Under the pieces are notes generated by a model that saw only the letters and a list, made by a program, of their open reading frames with translations, ran no database searches and was not told the origin of the DNA. The position numbers and the translations under genes were made by a program. Positions 41,653 through 56,381 of a stretch of DNA of 64,000 bases are shown here, piece after piece. Source of the DNA: Octopus vulgaris (lineage: Eukaryota); NCBI GenBank assembly GCA_951406725.2, contig OX597824.1, forward strand, positions 97,216,001 to 97,280,000. Direction: 5' to 3'. Numbering within the stretch: position 1 is the first letter of the stretch; each line of letters begins with the position of its first letter.

Positions 41653-41890
41653 CACACACATATATACATATATGTACACACACGGACATACATGCACAAA
41701 CATACGCATATACACATGTATATATGTTACGTATACATATGTTTATATATTCACACATATATATATATATATATATATATGTTTACATACATACAAACAT
41801 AGAAGTATATATACACACTCACATATCTGCGTAAATATATTTATATTTACAAATACATATGTAAGCACACGTATATAATTATACAGACAC
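40590..41890. repeat. Compound (TA)n/(CA)n microsatellite
   Basis: Directly visible repeat. Confidence 0.95.
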
Positions 41891-42569
41891 ATATATAAAG
41901 GTGTATTTAACATGATTTTTTTTCAATTCTAATCTACCAAAAGTGGTACAGCTTCCATTTATTTTTTCAAAATTCAACTAATTTTACAGACTTATTCGAA
42001 AGACATCGGAAACGTTTTCAGTTTAACATTATTTCTATTTTCTTATTCTTTTTCTTTTTGCTTCGTTTTGTTCTTCTTTGGGTTTTGCTGGTGGTGGTGG
42101 TGACGGTGGCGAGGGTATTTTCGTTTATGAAATCTTCTCTTTCAATCATTTAAGAAAAAAATGAAAATTTGAAGATGATTGCAAAAAAATGTAGTGTATT
42201 ACTACTACTGCTACTACTAAGAATAATGATAACAACAACAACAACAATAATAAGTAGAAGAAGAAGACGAAGAATATGATCATAATAACGCTGCTGGAGA
42301 TTTTGATATCAATCATTATAATTATAAACATAATTTAGTTTCTATTGCCATTCCTTACAATTGAGTAGTGAAAAAGGATGTTGGTGAATCGCGATCGCAT
42401 GGAATTTGAGAATAAGTCGAAGGGAGAACCAAAGATATTAGTCAATATGTGCTAGAAAATTTTATTACAGGAATTAAATTTGCAAAATTATGAGTTGTTT
42501 GCTTAAAAGTTAGATATAAATTTTTTTTATATCTAAATTTTTTTTATATCTAAAATTACGGTCATTTTT

Positions 42570-42960
42570 CGCTACCTGAGTGCGAGGGAAGTGGTAACAA
42601 GAATGATGTGGAAGGCCTAGGAACTGTAAACAGACGTGTGGCAGTCGATTCAAGAAAGGTGACACCAGCCTCAAAGGTCAGAGGAACTTCTGTTGTGGAA
42701 GGTGAGGCCTTGCTTAAAATGGGTGAACAAGCACTCGTACAATATCGACAGGACTTGACCCTTCACGAAGCACCATCGATCGACGCCGCCATAAACTCGG
42801 CCTTGTGAACAGATGCTGTCGAGAGGTTCCCCATGAACTGACCAATGACCAGGCTCAACGACGTGTGAATATTTGCAGTCGGATCATCGAGATGCTTATT
42901 TTGGGGGTTGAATTGTAACTAGGGATGGAAAAAGGATCTATTCCGGCAGTCCTAAGAAGA
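42570..42960 (+). mobile_element. Degenerate mariner transposase fragment
   Basis: Across frames: FKKGDTSL, VPHELTNDQAQRRVNIC (WVPHEL motif) and IVTRDGK (IVTGDEKW-like). Confidence 0.8.
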
Positions 42961-43646
42961 ATTCGCTTCGTTCGATCTAAGATTTAGAACCTGTTATCAA
43001 ACAAGACCGATTTGTAAGGGGATATAAGTCTTTCATATTTTAGGCACGTCATCCAATAGACTTTTGAGATTCTTGTATATTCAGCCGTCATCTATTTACA
43101 AACGGACATCTCAATTACGTTTTGTTTTCGCATGTCATTCATAGAGACCACCCTGTCTCTGTTTATCATATGGCCTTCATGGAAGAGTTGGAACTTGCTA
43201 TCGGTTTCCTAAAGAGAGAGGTGAGTTATGGAGCAAATAACTGTTTTGATGGGAAGCTGTGTCTAAAAAACATTATTCTACAGCAGCTGTGATAGGAATT
43301 GATTAGGAATAATAGACTTTATAATTCTGTTGTCGTTGCTATTGAAATCACAACGATAAACTCTAATTGTGTAAATCTCTTATCAACGACATTACAGCCG
43401 TGACCATCTTGTCTCTTTTATAGATATAGAAGAGGATTGCGGTATTAACTCGAATTAAAATTATAAAACATTACTTTGCCTTCTTGGTTTCAGGTAATGC
43501 GGGAAGTACGCACACACACACACACATCCATTATATATATATATAAATATATATATAGATAGTATACATATATATAATATAGATAGCACATATATATATG
43601 TATGTGTGTGTGCGTGTGTGTGCGCGCGTATGTATGTGTGTGTATA

Positions 43647-44442
43647 CAGGGTGCATAAGATATTTGAGGACAGATTTATGTTTATAGAGAAAGATACTCT
43701 TTTACTTGTTTCAGTCTTTTGACTGCGGCCATGCTAGAGCACCACCTTTAGTCGAGCAAATCGACCCCAGGACTTATTCTTTGTAAGCCTAGTACTTATA
43801 CTATCGATCTCTTTTGGCGAACCGCTAAGTTACAGGGACGTAAACACACATATATACGACGGGCTTCTTTCAGTTTCCGTCTAACAAATGCACTCACAAG
43901 GCTTTAGTCGGTCCGAAGCCGTAGTAGAAAGCACTTGCCCAAGGTGCCACGCAGTGGCACTGAACTCGGAACTACGTAGTGATTTTCTTTTACTTTTTCT
44001 GACACATTGACGTTTCCTCATTATATAAGACTTAGATCTGACTTTACTTTCTCACACATGGAGATCTTTTGCAAATGACATCATGAAATTTCTGGGATTG
44101 CAATCAATGGTCTGTTGAACTTGTTGAATAAATTCAGGTCTTCTGATGATTTCAGAGCGTTTAGAAAGCTTTGTATGCTCTGATTCTGGTGATACGTTTC
44201 CATCTTCAGTCTCTGGCTTCTTACAAACTTCGTAGACGAAAGATCTGGCAACTTTTAAAAATCGAGATATTTCTAAATCTATATGCTCAACCTTTATAAC
44301 CACAATAACCGAATGACTCTTCCTTCCCTGGGTAAGCTTAAGGTCTGCCATTATTATTTTCTGAAACAAAGATTATACAGATTTAGCAGAAAATGCAGGA
44401 ATGACCCAAAATTGTATGTCCTCAAATATCTTACACACCCTT
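43647..44442 (-). mobile_element. Internally deleted Tc1/mariner element with both TIRs and a nested SINE
   Basis: 26-bp TIRs cagggtgcataagatatttgaggaca and tgtcctcaaatatcttacacaccctt, flanked by TA. ORF 44052-44369 resembles the transposase N-terminal HTH region. Confidence 0.85.
43695..43978 (-). mobile_element. SINE family 1 copy nested in the Tc1/mariner element
   Basis: Reverse complement of the 8621 family, with the central microsatellite shortened. Confidence 0.88.
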
Positions 44443-44580
44443 TATATATATATGTAGGATATATAATTATAGATATATATGTATATACGTAGACAAAAAT
44501 GCCTCTATATTTGTATCAAGAGTATCTCTCCCCCCCTCTCTCTCTCACACACACTCATGTGTGTGTGTGTGTGTGTGTGT

Positions 44581-44715
44581 GTTAAACAGGACAACAAACG
44601 TTAAGGCAAGACAAACATCTGAAGTCATATACGTTATTATTATTGGAAAAAATTTTCCAATAAGTATATGACGTGAGATGTTTGTCTTGTCTTAACGATT
44701 GTTTTCCTCTTTAAC
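44581..44715. repeat. 135-bp fold-back inverted repeat
   Basis: 40-bp outer arms with 4 mismatches, plus inner arms gtcatatac/gtatatgac and ttattggaaaa/ttttccaataa. Confidence 0.9.
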
Positions 44716-44877
44716 AATTATATATCCGCTATATCGGAAATCTACAGTGGCTTCATAACTACCGTCTCGGCTATAACCTTGGGGCCCTGGTCATTGGCTA
44801 CAGCACTTACCTAGCGTACCTAGTCGTTTAGATCACCTTTGAACTATACCCCAATACTTTGTGTGTAAATATATGTG

Positions 44878-44937
<60 letters not shown>

Positions 44938-44957
44938 TAATATGGACAGAGAGATAG

Positions 44958-44995
<38 letters not shown>

Positions 44996-45949
44996 TTCCA
45001 TACAAATATACAAGCTTCTATGTCTACTTATATACTTATTCATTTCTACACACACACAAACATATATATATATTTTACGCCTAAAACTAAGCCGACCCAC
45101 GAACTATATATATATACATATATGTGTGTGTGTGTATGTATGTGAATGTTTATGTATGTATGTATGTATATGTATTTACGTTTGTATTATATATATATAA
45201 TACAGACACTCTGACAAATACACTTTCTTTAAATACAAACTGAAATTCCGAATTTCCATGATTTATCCCATTTAACAAATATTTGTATAAGAAATGTCAT
45301 CAATGCAACTATCAAAAGTCATCTCTAATTTAATGCCTCAATCATATTAAGTTGGCTTTTGTTTTCCAATCATAATTTTGGGCAGAATTTCAATAATTTC
45401 ATTTCGCTTTCACAAATCTGAATCCTCTCCGTTCTGTCAGATATTAATATATTTATACATACTTTCAGCCAACGATCCCTGGACCTCTTCCAATTCGATC
45501 GCTGTTCAATGTATCTCGTTGTTATATATAAATAAATCAGGGCGAACCAATGATTTCTATCTTGATTGGTCACTGCCCTCGCAGTACTGATTTCGTTATC
45601 TAAAGCGTCTTTTGATTGGTTGAATCGTTAGAGCCTCGGGCAAAATGCGTGTGTGAGCATTTTCCGTTCTGAGTTCTATTGTGGTCTACAAATTAAAGTT
45701 GTAATTAAAAAATGTAGCCAATATAATCGGCTAATCTGCTTCTCAAAATGTCAGGCTCTACGCCTAAATTAGAAATTCGGTCAGGGTTATCTACAGGCTG
45801 TCTATGAGTCTCTGACTGACAATTTTGCCAAAAGAGGCCTACCAGTTGATTTTCATTGACGTCTGATATTTCTTCGACAGCGCTGTCAAATTTTTCCTGA
45901 TACAAATCCTCTATAAAACGCTTATGTGGAATTTTTGCCGATTACATTG

Positions 45950-46450
45950 CAGATGAGAAATGCTGTACCTTACTGTCCGATTGACCCTGAACTGCAGCTC
46001 AGAATTCGAGCTGTGGAAAAATGTGCCGCGCAAACAGCGACCACACCTATTCTTCAAAGAACAGCCGCAGATATTCTAATCTCAGGTCTCGTCTGAGGAT
46101 CAATAGCCACGGTATATGCAGCCATTCACGTAGTAGATACAGACTGTAGCAATGTTGGATGCAATGAAGGTATCAATCACTTCTGCCCGGCAGTTCAAGT
46201 ATAGTTTCTTTTCAACCTATTTCTGGGTCAAACTGGCAGGCAACACCATCCATATTCCTACAATCCTGAAGATCTGTACTAATCCAGAAAGCTAGTAATT
46301 TAATTGGTTCACCCATCTGGCGCCTCACGACGGCATAGATCTGCCTCTCCGGGAGCTTAGTTGCTGACCAACCGACTTCTCCTGGTTAATATTGGCTTCC
46401 GTTCTAAGAGGTTTGTTCGAGTCTGTCTCCTAAGCGATATACACTTGTAT
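45950..46450 (-). mobile_element. Degenerate Tx1/L1-like LINE fragment
   Basis: Manual translation gives EANINQEKSVG, PIKLLAFWISTDLQ and KKLYLNCRAEVIDTFIAS, homologous to the 21540-21910 fragment. Confidence 0.55.
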
Positions 46451-47569
46451 ACCACAGTTCTTTTATCTATTTATTCCAGAAGCGATGATTGCATCATGAG
46501 TATGATTGCTACTAGATTTTTTTTTGTAGTTATTCCTGTTGCTATAGTTACTGCTGCTGCTGTTTTTTTTGTTACTGATGATGCTGGTAACGAAACGCAG
46601 ATGTTAAGAGCAAACGACTTAAACTTTAAAATGATTATTTTGCAAACCAGCAAAGACGAAAGTGAGGAAGCCGTCTTCGAAGTTCTCTTTTGATTTGAAA
46701 AATATTCTCCCTCAAAAAATGCTGCCCCCCAGGGAACGATCCGGGAAAAGAAATGGAACATTCCCTAACAGTCCGTGTCAGCTTAACATGATATATCAAT
46801 GATTTTAATATGTATAACACACAGGAATGGGAAGGAAAAACAAACTTACGCAGCTTCTAAAAAATGTCTATGTATGGTAAGGAAATGACAAACATTATGA
46901 TGGTGAGGAGGAGGAGGAGGAGAAGGAGGAGGAGAAGGAGGAGGAGGAAAACTATTGTGAGAGGAACACCTTTCTTCAACCTGTTTCTAGCAATAATGCC
47001 AATGTAACCGAGAAGTCCTCGTCCTGCATTCGGTGCAGAAGGATGTCAGTTTTTTTGCCATACGAGTGACGTTGGGTTGAGACATTATAAAGACAAGGGT
47101 TTTATGCAGTGTCGGGAATATGAAGAAGAGGCGAGGAAAAGATCAGTATGCAACGTATTCTTCGGCTGGGTTCTTCGGCCAATAGTCACAATGGTCGCAA
47201 ATTGTAGGGAAGGAGCGTAACAGTCCTTATGTCATCGAATCGAAATGGTTGGACTTGAACTCAGAACATAAACGTTCTTAGCTAAACATCACAATGCCAA
47301 TTTGTCCAAAGCCTTAGTGATTCTCCTACTCCACCGCTCTGCAAATAACGGAACATGAATTACGACCGAACCCTTAATTTATATCCCTTGTTGTTCGTTA
47401 AGCCTTTGCAAAGACGGTTTATTTTTTTTACTCGAAATACCAAGAATAATTAAATATGTTGCAATGCGATACATCAGCCGCTTTCGTACTGTTTTATATA
47501 TTTCATGATTTATTTGCATGGATTTCGCCTTCTTGGATACACACCAAACACACACCCAGAGGTATATAT

Positions 47570-48100
47570 GGATACATAATACACACATACATACACACAT
47601 GCATACACACACACACAGGTATACATAGATACATAATACATACATACGTACATACATACAAACACATACATGCACACATACTCACACATACATGCACACA
47701 CACTCACACATACATGCACACACTCACACATACATGTACACACACACATACACAAACACATGCATAGATACACACACACATGCACACATACACACATACA
47801 CACACACACATATACATACATACACACACATACATACATACATACACACACATATACACACATACATACATGCACACATACACACACGCATACATACACA
47901 AACACATGCATACATACACACATACATACATACACACACGCACACATACATACGCATTTACACATACATTCATACACAAACACGCGCGCATACACACACA
48001 CATAGATACATACAAATACACACACATACATACACAAACACATATATACATACATACGCACACAAGCATACATATCCATGTATACATACACAACCTCATG
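47570..48100. repeat. Compound (CA)n/(CATA)n microsatellite
   Basis: Directly visible repeat. Confidence 0.95.
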
Positions 48101-49079
48101 TATTTATCTGCATATATATATATGAAGGTGTGTGTGTATGTGTGCATAGGTGTGAATAATATCGTATTTCCTAACACCTTCTCCTTGTTCAATTGTTTTT
48201 CCCTGTTGTATCTTTATCAGTCTATTCACTGGCAATGCTAACTCGTTGGATTAATTTCCGAAACACATTCTGCTTTTAGATAACTGAAACAATTTCGTAT
48301 TTCAACTGTTCCCATTGTGCTACAATTCCTACATTACTTTGTGTGGGTGTTTGTGCGCACATGTGTGTGTGTGTGTGTGTGTGTATGTGTGTGTGTATGT
48401 GTATCATTATTATTATTATATAATAACTGCACTCGTACAATTACTAATCTTTTGGCTGTAGTTATATTCACAGTACAGAGACATAGCACATAGTAAACCT
48501 ATGATAATATACTGTAATTATTATTATTATTATCATTATTATTATCATTATAGTATAGATTTTCCAGTCAAACTCATTATGTGGCAATTATATTTCTTGT
48601 AGATTTTCTTCACACTGTTTACTGTAGCCTTGTCTTGCTATTTCCAGTAAAGCATCGTATTGGAAGGAGCCCCGATGTGGCAGTCGAAGCTGCTAGAATT
48701 AGTAGACAATTGTCCCTTATTCATGCGTCTAAAATACGTTGTGATGGTCACAATGGAAACATTTTTGGTTGTAGATCTGCTCATTTTGTTCAGATAAGGC
48801 TAACCTCGGGTTTATAATTCAAATGCAACAACCAATGTTTGAGGATAAACCGTCAGAGGTGCGTTCAGGGTATAAGAAAAATAAAGAAACAATAAACAGC
48901 AAAAGCGAAGGATTTTACAGTTTTTGATGAATTTTGGTTTTCATTTGTTCTTTGTTAATTTCATTGGTTGAACTGAAGCCATAATAAAATTAGGACTTGC
49001 TAGTGGTGGTTTAAACTGTCTTTGATCCGTTTAGGATATTCAGTGTATATCATAATTACTTGTAGCATATGGACTGAAA

Positions 49080-49270
49080 AAGGCGGCACGCAGGGCAAAA
49101 TGCTTAGCCCCATTTCGCCTGTGCTTACCTTATGAGTTCAAATTCCGCCAACGTCCTCTTTGCTTTCAACATTTCGGGGTCAATAAGTACTAGTTGATCA
49201 CCGGGATCGATGCAATCGACTTAATCTCTCCTCGATATTGCTGATCTTATGTCCAAATTTGAAACTAATA
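49080..49270 (+). mobile_element. Old SINE family 2 copy
   Basis: aaatgcttag...gagttcaaattccgcc...ttcggggtcaataagtac matches family 2. Confidence 0.7.
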
Positions 49271-49540
49271 TATAGAAAGAAAGAGCAAGTGGCCAAATCG
49301 ATTAGGACCGTGAATTTGCGATGCTAGCATTACACGTGCCTGAGGCAAAAGTACTTAACTAGCAGGATTAAGGTTCTCTGAGCATTATGTGGCCAGCCAC
49401 TGAGTAGTGGAGCTAAACGCGGAGATCTGTAGGTTACCACAGGATAATGTGATTAATTACTGTAGCTAATTGTGACATACAGCAATTAATGAGAGTTAAT
49501 TGCACAGGACTGTTGTCAATTACGTGATTCTGCAACTAAT

Positions 49541-49740
49541 CATAGATCGTTGTAGCTAACCATAGGGTACTGCAGCTAATTATAGGGTACTTTAGCTAAT
49601 TATATGGTAATGCAGCTAATTATAGGGTACTGCAGCTAATTATATGGTACTGCAGCTAATTATATGGTGCTGCAGTTAATCATAGAGTACTGAACTTAAT
49701 TATAGAGTACTGCAGCTAATTACAGATTATTTCAACTAAC
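49541..49740. repeat. 20-bp minisatellite, consensus tatagggtactgcagctaat, about 10 units
   Basis: Exact 20-nt period with decayed units at both edges. Confidence 0.92.
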
Positions 49741-51646
49741 AAGAGCTTACAGGGAATTGTAGTTGATTTAATTGTGCAATCAAGAGCATTTTCGTTGATT
49801 TGTCTTTAAATTCGTCTCAGAGGGGAAAAATGCAGGTAGGAGAGTCAGCACCGTAACAAGATGGTTATCTGTCTCGCATTTGCTTGATGATAATAATACG
49901 ATTCAATGAATACGGTTTCCCACAATTCAGGTGGGGATTTCTTAAGATAATTAAACTCAACTGACAACGCATTTTGACAACATAATTTGGTAATGGTCAT
50001 ATCAAAAACTTAATAAAAAGATTTGAGACAACGCAGATCTGCTTTTCTGCCATATTTTCGCCAGATATTTTTTGAGACATTTTTTAAGTTTTAATTTTTG
50101 TCAAAGTTATTTCTATGGTTTTACTTTCCATTTTATTAAATATTTTTCTTCATTTTACATTGAGAAAAAAAATACTAAATGTGATTCTGAAATTAATAAG
50201 AATGAGTAAACAAAATACACAAAATCTGATATACAGACATAAACCAAACACACACACATACACACATTGTGTGTGTGTGGAGTACAATGTTTACGTGCGT
50301 GTGTGTGCGTATGTGATGTGTGCGTGGGCGTGTGTCTGTGGCTTCCCACAATGTCTATTGAAGAAATTCATAATACGGATTTGCAAATTGTAAAATCGAA
50401 GTGAGAACCCAAATAAAAATTAAGAACTGTTGTGAGAGTTTCAAAGTTAAATCTACAATGACGAATTCACCTGATTTCGTTTTCACATTTTTGTTGTTCA
50501 ATTAAAGGAAAGGAAGAGAAAAAACGGATAAAAAACACTTTGATGTTAGCGAGATTAGAGAATATAGCTAAAAAAAGAAGAGAAAAACAAACACGGGACA
50601 AAAGCACAAACGACAAAGTACTTTATGAATGAAAGTGGCCGCGGAGACCCATTATTTATTATGCCAACAGACGAACAATGGGTGAAAAGTATGCAGCAAT
50701 GTATATATACATAAACATACGTAAATATGTCTACAGATATGTGCGTGTATGTATACATATATATGTGACTGTATATCTATTATATGTATTATATATATAT
50801 ATATGTATGAATTATATATATATATATATATACGCTTCTATTATTATACTTGTTTCAGTCATTTGACTGTGGCCTTTCACCGATATTCAATGGAGAATAT
50901 AGATTTTTCCGAAGAAAGTTCTTCCCTACTTTAGATTTACAAAAGCACGCCAAACTCCCTAAGACGAAATGATAGTGAATAGCAAAGTGAAATAACGAAC
51001 AGTTGCAGAGTATTGCGTTCAACGCAAACTGTTCTTCCTGTCGTCGATTGAATAAATCCAGTTATTTCACGGACTCTAGATAAATAAAAGAATAAGAAAA
51101 GAGACTTCTTGTACAATAGCAGGATTAAATATGGCACTTTATGTAGGAGAAAAGGATTTTGAAGGAGAGTAAAGCACTCTATTCGTATTAAAATCAACTT
51201 TATGTCTCTATCCGCATTCAGAGTGGAGTTAAATAAGCGATTAAGTGCGCCTTATATATTGCATTTTAGCTTCCGGTGCAGAAATATTTAATGCGATGTT
51301 TAACAAGGAAGTAAGCTGAGACGCTGTCGCTCATGCTGCTACGTATAACTCTCATCAAAAAGCCAACCGTTTCAAATGGAGATTTAGAGGGTAGCGCTGC
51401 ACGCTTTAGTCTATGCTCCATGTACCAGTCAAAATCTGCATGTATGCATGTACGCATATAAATATATACATACGTAAATACATATATATATACATATATA
51501 TATACACATACATACATATATATATATACATACATATATATATATATGTGTATATACATATATATATATGTGTATATACATATATATATATATATATGTG
51601 TATATACATATATATGTGTATATACATATATATATATATATATGTG

Positions 51647-51711
<65 letters not shown>

Positions 51712-51928
51712 TAAGTATATCCGAGGTAGAGTAGTACAATTGTTTGATGCTACTTCATTTTTTTAAACACTGTAAGTATTACATCAGTTTTAAAATGTCG
51801 AGCAATCTTCAGCCACTTATAGAAATGTTCCAATCAAACGGACAATGCACATCCTTATCCCTATTTCGTTTGTTGGCAAGTGATTGGTTTTAATTGTTAA
51901 TATCAATTTCTACTCTTATTTAATTTTA

Positions 51929-51975
<47 letters not shown>

Positions 51976-52034
51976 AACTGGCACTCCGTCGATTACGACG
52001 ACGAGTTGATCCGATGAACGGAACATGCTCTCGA

Positions 52035-52915
52035 AGGACATTTCTGTGTTACACCGAAAAGAGAAGGGGGAGCTTAAAAGCCAACAAAAATACAGGACAC
52101 TGAACGGGAAGTATGAAATTGAAAGAAAAGATCTGAAAGTGGTAATAGAGGAATTGAAACAGCAGCTCGTTGCAAAGAAAGCAAAGATGGTAAGATACAA
52201 CCAAAGAATGAAGGGTTACCAGCAGAATAGGTTATTCAGAGCAGATCAGAAGAGATTCTACAAATAAAAAATGGAGAGTGTACAGATGAAAAGTTGATAC
52301 CAGATAACATTGAAAGTCAAAGATTTGGGAGTGACATCTGGAGCAAACTGTAGTCTGTCCAAAAGAGGCAGAACTAGTCAGTTAGGGAAGTGAAGGAAAT
52401 CAGCAAAAATATATTGGTAACTGGAAAGCCTCGGGACCAGATGATTCTCAAGGCTACTGGATCAAAAGATTTGGTGTATTTCATGCTCGAATAACTGCAC
52501 AATTTAACACCTTGTTAAATGCCGACCAAGTAACACCGGAATGGCTGACAATGGGTGGTCAGTGCTGTGCCGGAAAAGCATCGAAAAAGGCAATACGGTA
52601 GACAATTACAGGCCGATATCCTGCTTGCCACTTATGTGGAAATTATTGACTAGAATACTCGCAGAGTCAATGTACGGACATCTGGGAAAAAATGGAGTCC
52701 CGGCACAAGAGCAGAAGGGGTGCAAGCGTAAGCGTGGTGGACAAAACTGTACTTAGAGATTGCAAGAGTAGGAAAAGTAACTTAGCCATGTCATGGATTG
52801 ACTATCGTAAGGCGTACGATAGGATCCCACATTCTTGGGTTATGGAGTGTATGAACCTATTTGGTATTGCATCGAATGCTGAGCGATTGATTGGAAAAAG
52901 TATGGCGATTAGATT
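52035..52915 (+). mobile_element. Degenerate R4/Dong-like retrotransposon, RT N-terminal region
   Basis: Motifs [44 protein letters not shown] and WIDYRKAYDRIPHSW. Confidence 0.88.
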
Positions 52916-53089
52916 TAATGGAAGAAATATAGGCATGTAAACACGCACGCGCAGTCTCAAAAATTGCACGCAGACAGGCAGACACATAGATACAGACAGA
53001 CAGACACCCGCACACACACAGCTCATGTATACCGACACACAGGTATATTGAGTTCTACTCATGGTTATTAGTCACGCTATGCCTAAGCG

Positions 53090-53162
<73 letters not shown>

Positions 53163-53199
53163 CATACATACATACGTACAGAGAGAGAGAAACAGTGAT

Positions 53200-53247
<48 letters not shown>

Positions 53248-54605
53248 GCAAATAGATATTTGTTAATGAAAGTAAACATCCAAACAGTCGCCAGTCACAC
53301 AGAGTGAACACAACATACACCGCATCGGAATTAGATATTGTTAGAAAGCACATCCAAGATGGAGTCTTAATTAGAATAAACGAAACGTAATTTCTTCCCC
53401 ATTATGGAACAACAATATGTCCGTAATAGAATGATTTGCCAGTATTAACAATAAGCAACATTATGATATGACTCAGGTTGATTTTATACAACGTCAGCTT
53501 TCCATAACTAGATCCACTACTTTCAACAATTTAGCTGTCTCCACATATAATCATACATGCATATAGACGTACATACATATATGCATGCATTCATGCATGT
53601 ATATATGTGTGTATGTATGTATGCATGTGTGTATATAAGTCTATGTTCGATTTTAGAAGTAAAGATAAAATATTATGGGAGGCGTGATTCTCTTGAAGGC
53701 GCCGAACAGACTGGAAATATTTCTGCTAGAGTTAATGAAGCTATAACCATATTCTCTACCAGAAAATCATTATATCATTAGCAAGGGCGGGGTGGGGGGT
53801 AATCCTAATTACTTAGATGGAAGAAAGAAAAAAATAAATTAAATTAAATAAAAAAAACTGTAATATTTAGAACTTGTAATTTTGTAAAATAATGTCCTAC
53901 AGTATTAGATTATAATGAACGGAATTGAGATACTTAATTATGTTTGTGATTAATTTACTAGGATTAATGAAACTGTCGTTCTGATATGAAGTAAATTACA
54001 TATTGATATGTATTGTACTTTATATACCACACTGCTCTATATTAGATATAAGATCATATTAATTAGAGGAGAACTTTTTAAAGTGACACTCTCATTATAT
54101 TAGAGTTCACCTATAGGGAGCGATGGAACTTTAGATATCCAAAGCCTGTCTTCTTTTGCAAGTTCACGTGTGATTGCGTTTATGTATATGACAATTATTA
54201 AGATATTTCGTCGCACGGTCCGCACCCCGTTGTGCAATCGTGATGTACCCGCAAGCATTGCTAGAGAAATTCATAGCCTGAACTATGTAGTGTTAAGCAG
54301 GTATACGGAAAATATGAAAATGATTTATTTCCCCCAAAGTTACTGCCGAGATAATATTGCATTCAGCCGAAAAGACTCACACCTACACAACTTTCGTTTC
54401 AATCAGACTCATGGAATTGCAGGAATCAAACTTACTTAACAAACATGCATGAAAATATAGTGTCCCTTGAAGATTATGATCTATGGGTGTATTCTCGCCC
54501 GACTCGAATATATTCGAAGGTAGTACATAGGACTTATTGCTTATTATTTTCAAGGCAATATTTACACAACACCTGCATTTCTTATCTTGAGATTACGGGA
54601 TCATA

Positions 54606-54746
54606 TTAGGTTGTCCCAAAAGTTCGTAAACACTTGCGAAAATTGAATTTTTACTCGCCAAGTACTAACAAAAACAACAAAAATTATTCCTCAAAATAAA
54701 GACCATTATTTTCCAAGACTTTCTACGAACTTTTGGGACAACCTTA
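54606..54746. mobile_element. Mariner-type MITE
   Basis: Perfect 21-bp inverted core aggttgtcccaaaagttcgta / tacgaacttttgggacaacct, flanked by TA. Confidence 0.88.
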
Positions 54747-55401
54747 TATAATGACTCGATCCAGTATAACATAGAAAACTCTCGACAAAGCACCCGCTCA
54801 ATGGTTAATGCACCCCAGTACAAAGGTGTCATCTTTGTCTCATTCAGAAACTGAACATGTAACCACATATAACCACATATGTCTCGGTTAACATGAGAAC
54901 TGAGCGATTATTGTTATCACAAACGGAAATTCTTACTGGTTACGTTTCGATCACCGGCTCTTAATATTATCACATAAATTTCTACCCAACAAATAACGAA
55001 AGACAATCGACTATTTTAGACAATGTCTGACCTGCTTTTCTGCTTCCAAGAACAAAACTAATTGCCAGTTATGAAGGATAATTGTATAAACTTTCTGTAA
55101 ACATCTTCAATTCTCCATAAGTTGTTATTCCGAATATTGGAATCTAACGCCAGCTACTGATTTTACCACCAGCCGATACCAACCATTACTAAGTAACACT
55201 CAGCAATCAGGAGCAGCCATCATTTACTAACACCCAATACTCATCAATAGATCCAAACTTCACCACGTGATCTGAACAAGCCAATAACACCGAGCTTTAT
55301 TCCTCATGCAATGGCAAATAGCCTCAACTAGAAACTGAGAGAGCGATGTTAGTGAAGAGTCATGAAAGGGGTTTCTATTTTTATTCTCTCGCGGGGAGAA
55401 T

Positions 55402-55647
55402 CGGTGGTTTTCAACCATTTTGTGCCTATGGATCCCTTTGAATCTTGTTTTATTAGGACGGACCCTCTGAGCCATTCAATGTTTAAAAGATCATTTTATA
55501 TTTACAGAATTTACTATTAGGAACCGTATAAAAAATTGTTAAAATAGTTTGAACATTGTAGAAACAGAAGTGATTAAAGGCAAATTTTAACAACGAAATC
55601 TTATTTGTCCCCCCAAGAGCCATATTGACCCCCGTTGAGAACCACTT
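55402..55647. mobile_element. hAT (Charlie-like) MITE
   Basis: Termini cggtggttttcaac and gttgagaaccactt (CAGTGGTTCTCAA type); TSD not clearly preserved. Confidence 0.65.
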
Positions 55648-56245
55648 CTGTAGAATGTGAATTATGTGTATGGCCTCTATTGTTGTAGCAGCGAATTAGC
55701 TTGACAATCGTTATTCTTTGTAAATGACTTCTGAGTCAGTGTTCAGCTGATGAAGAGGAAGGTGTAAGATAATCTTCAACGAAACAAAACAAAATCGTAA
55801 AAGAAACACTTTAAATATACCGACGTCATAAATTCTTAAATATTTGGTCAGTTTCTGAATATAGTTTACACTGTTATATATAGTCCGTTTGTAATCAATA
55901 TTTAACTATATTTACACTGTAAAGTATTATCAGAAACGTATTTCCTTGATATGCATTTACGTCCGGAATTTCGTATTTATAAAGAGACTTCGTTATCGTA
56001 TGACTCATTTATTTTTCGTAAAATCCCATGCTACACGCACACGCGCGCACACACATGTATATAACTTCAGACAAACAGGGCAATTTTATTTGTTATACTG
56101 TTACAATACCAAGAAACTGTTCTTGAGCCTCTGACAGGTACCGAGGTATAAAATGCAGAAGTTAAAAGACCAAGGAAACATCGACGTAAACGTATATATA
56201 CATGTTCACCATTTTTATATTTATATAAATGCAGATATACATATC

Positions 56246-56290
<45 letters not shown>

Positions 56291-56297
56291 GTTCACC

Positions 56298-56381
<84 letters not shown>

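Noticed and set aside
49541-49740. CRISPR array
   Set aside because: Contiguous tandem units without unique spacers, no cas genes, and a eukaryotic context.
54170-54439. TM5-like stretch IAFMYMTIIKIFRR as a missing GPCR exon
   Set aside because: Wrong strand for the receptor gene, and no supporting motifs.
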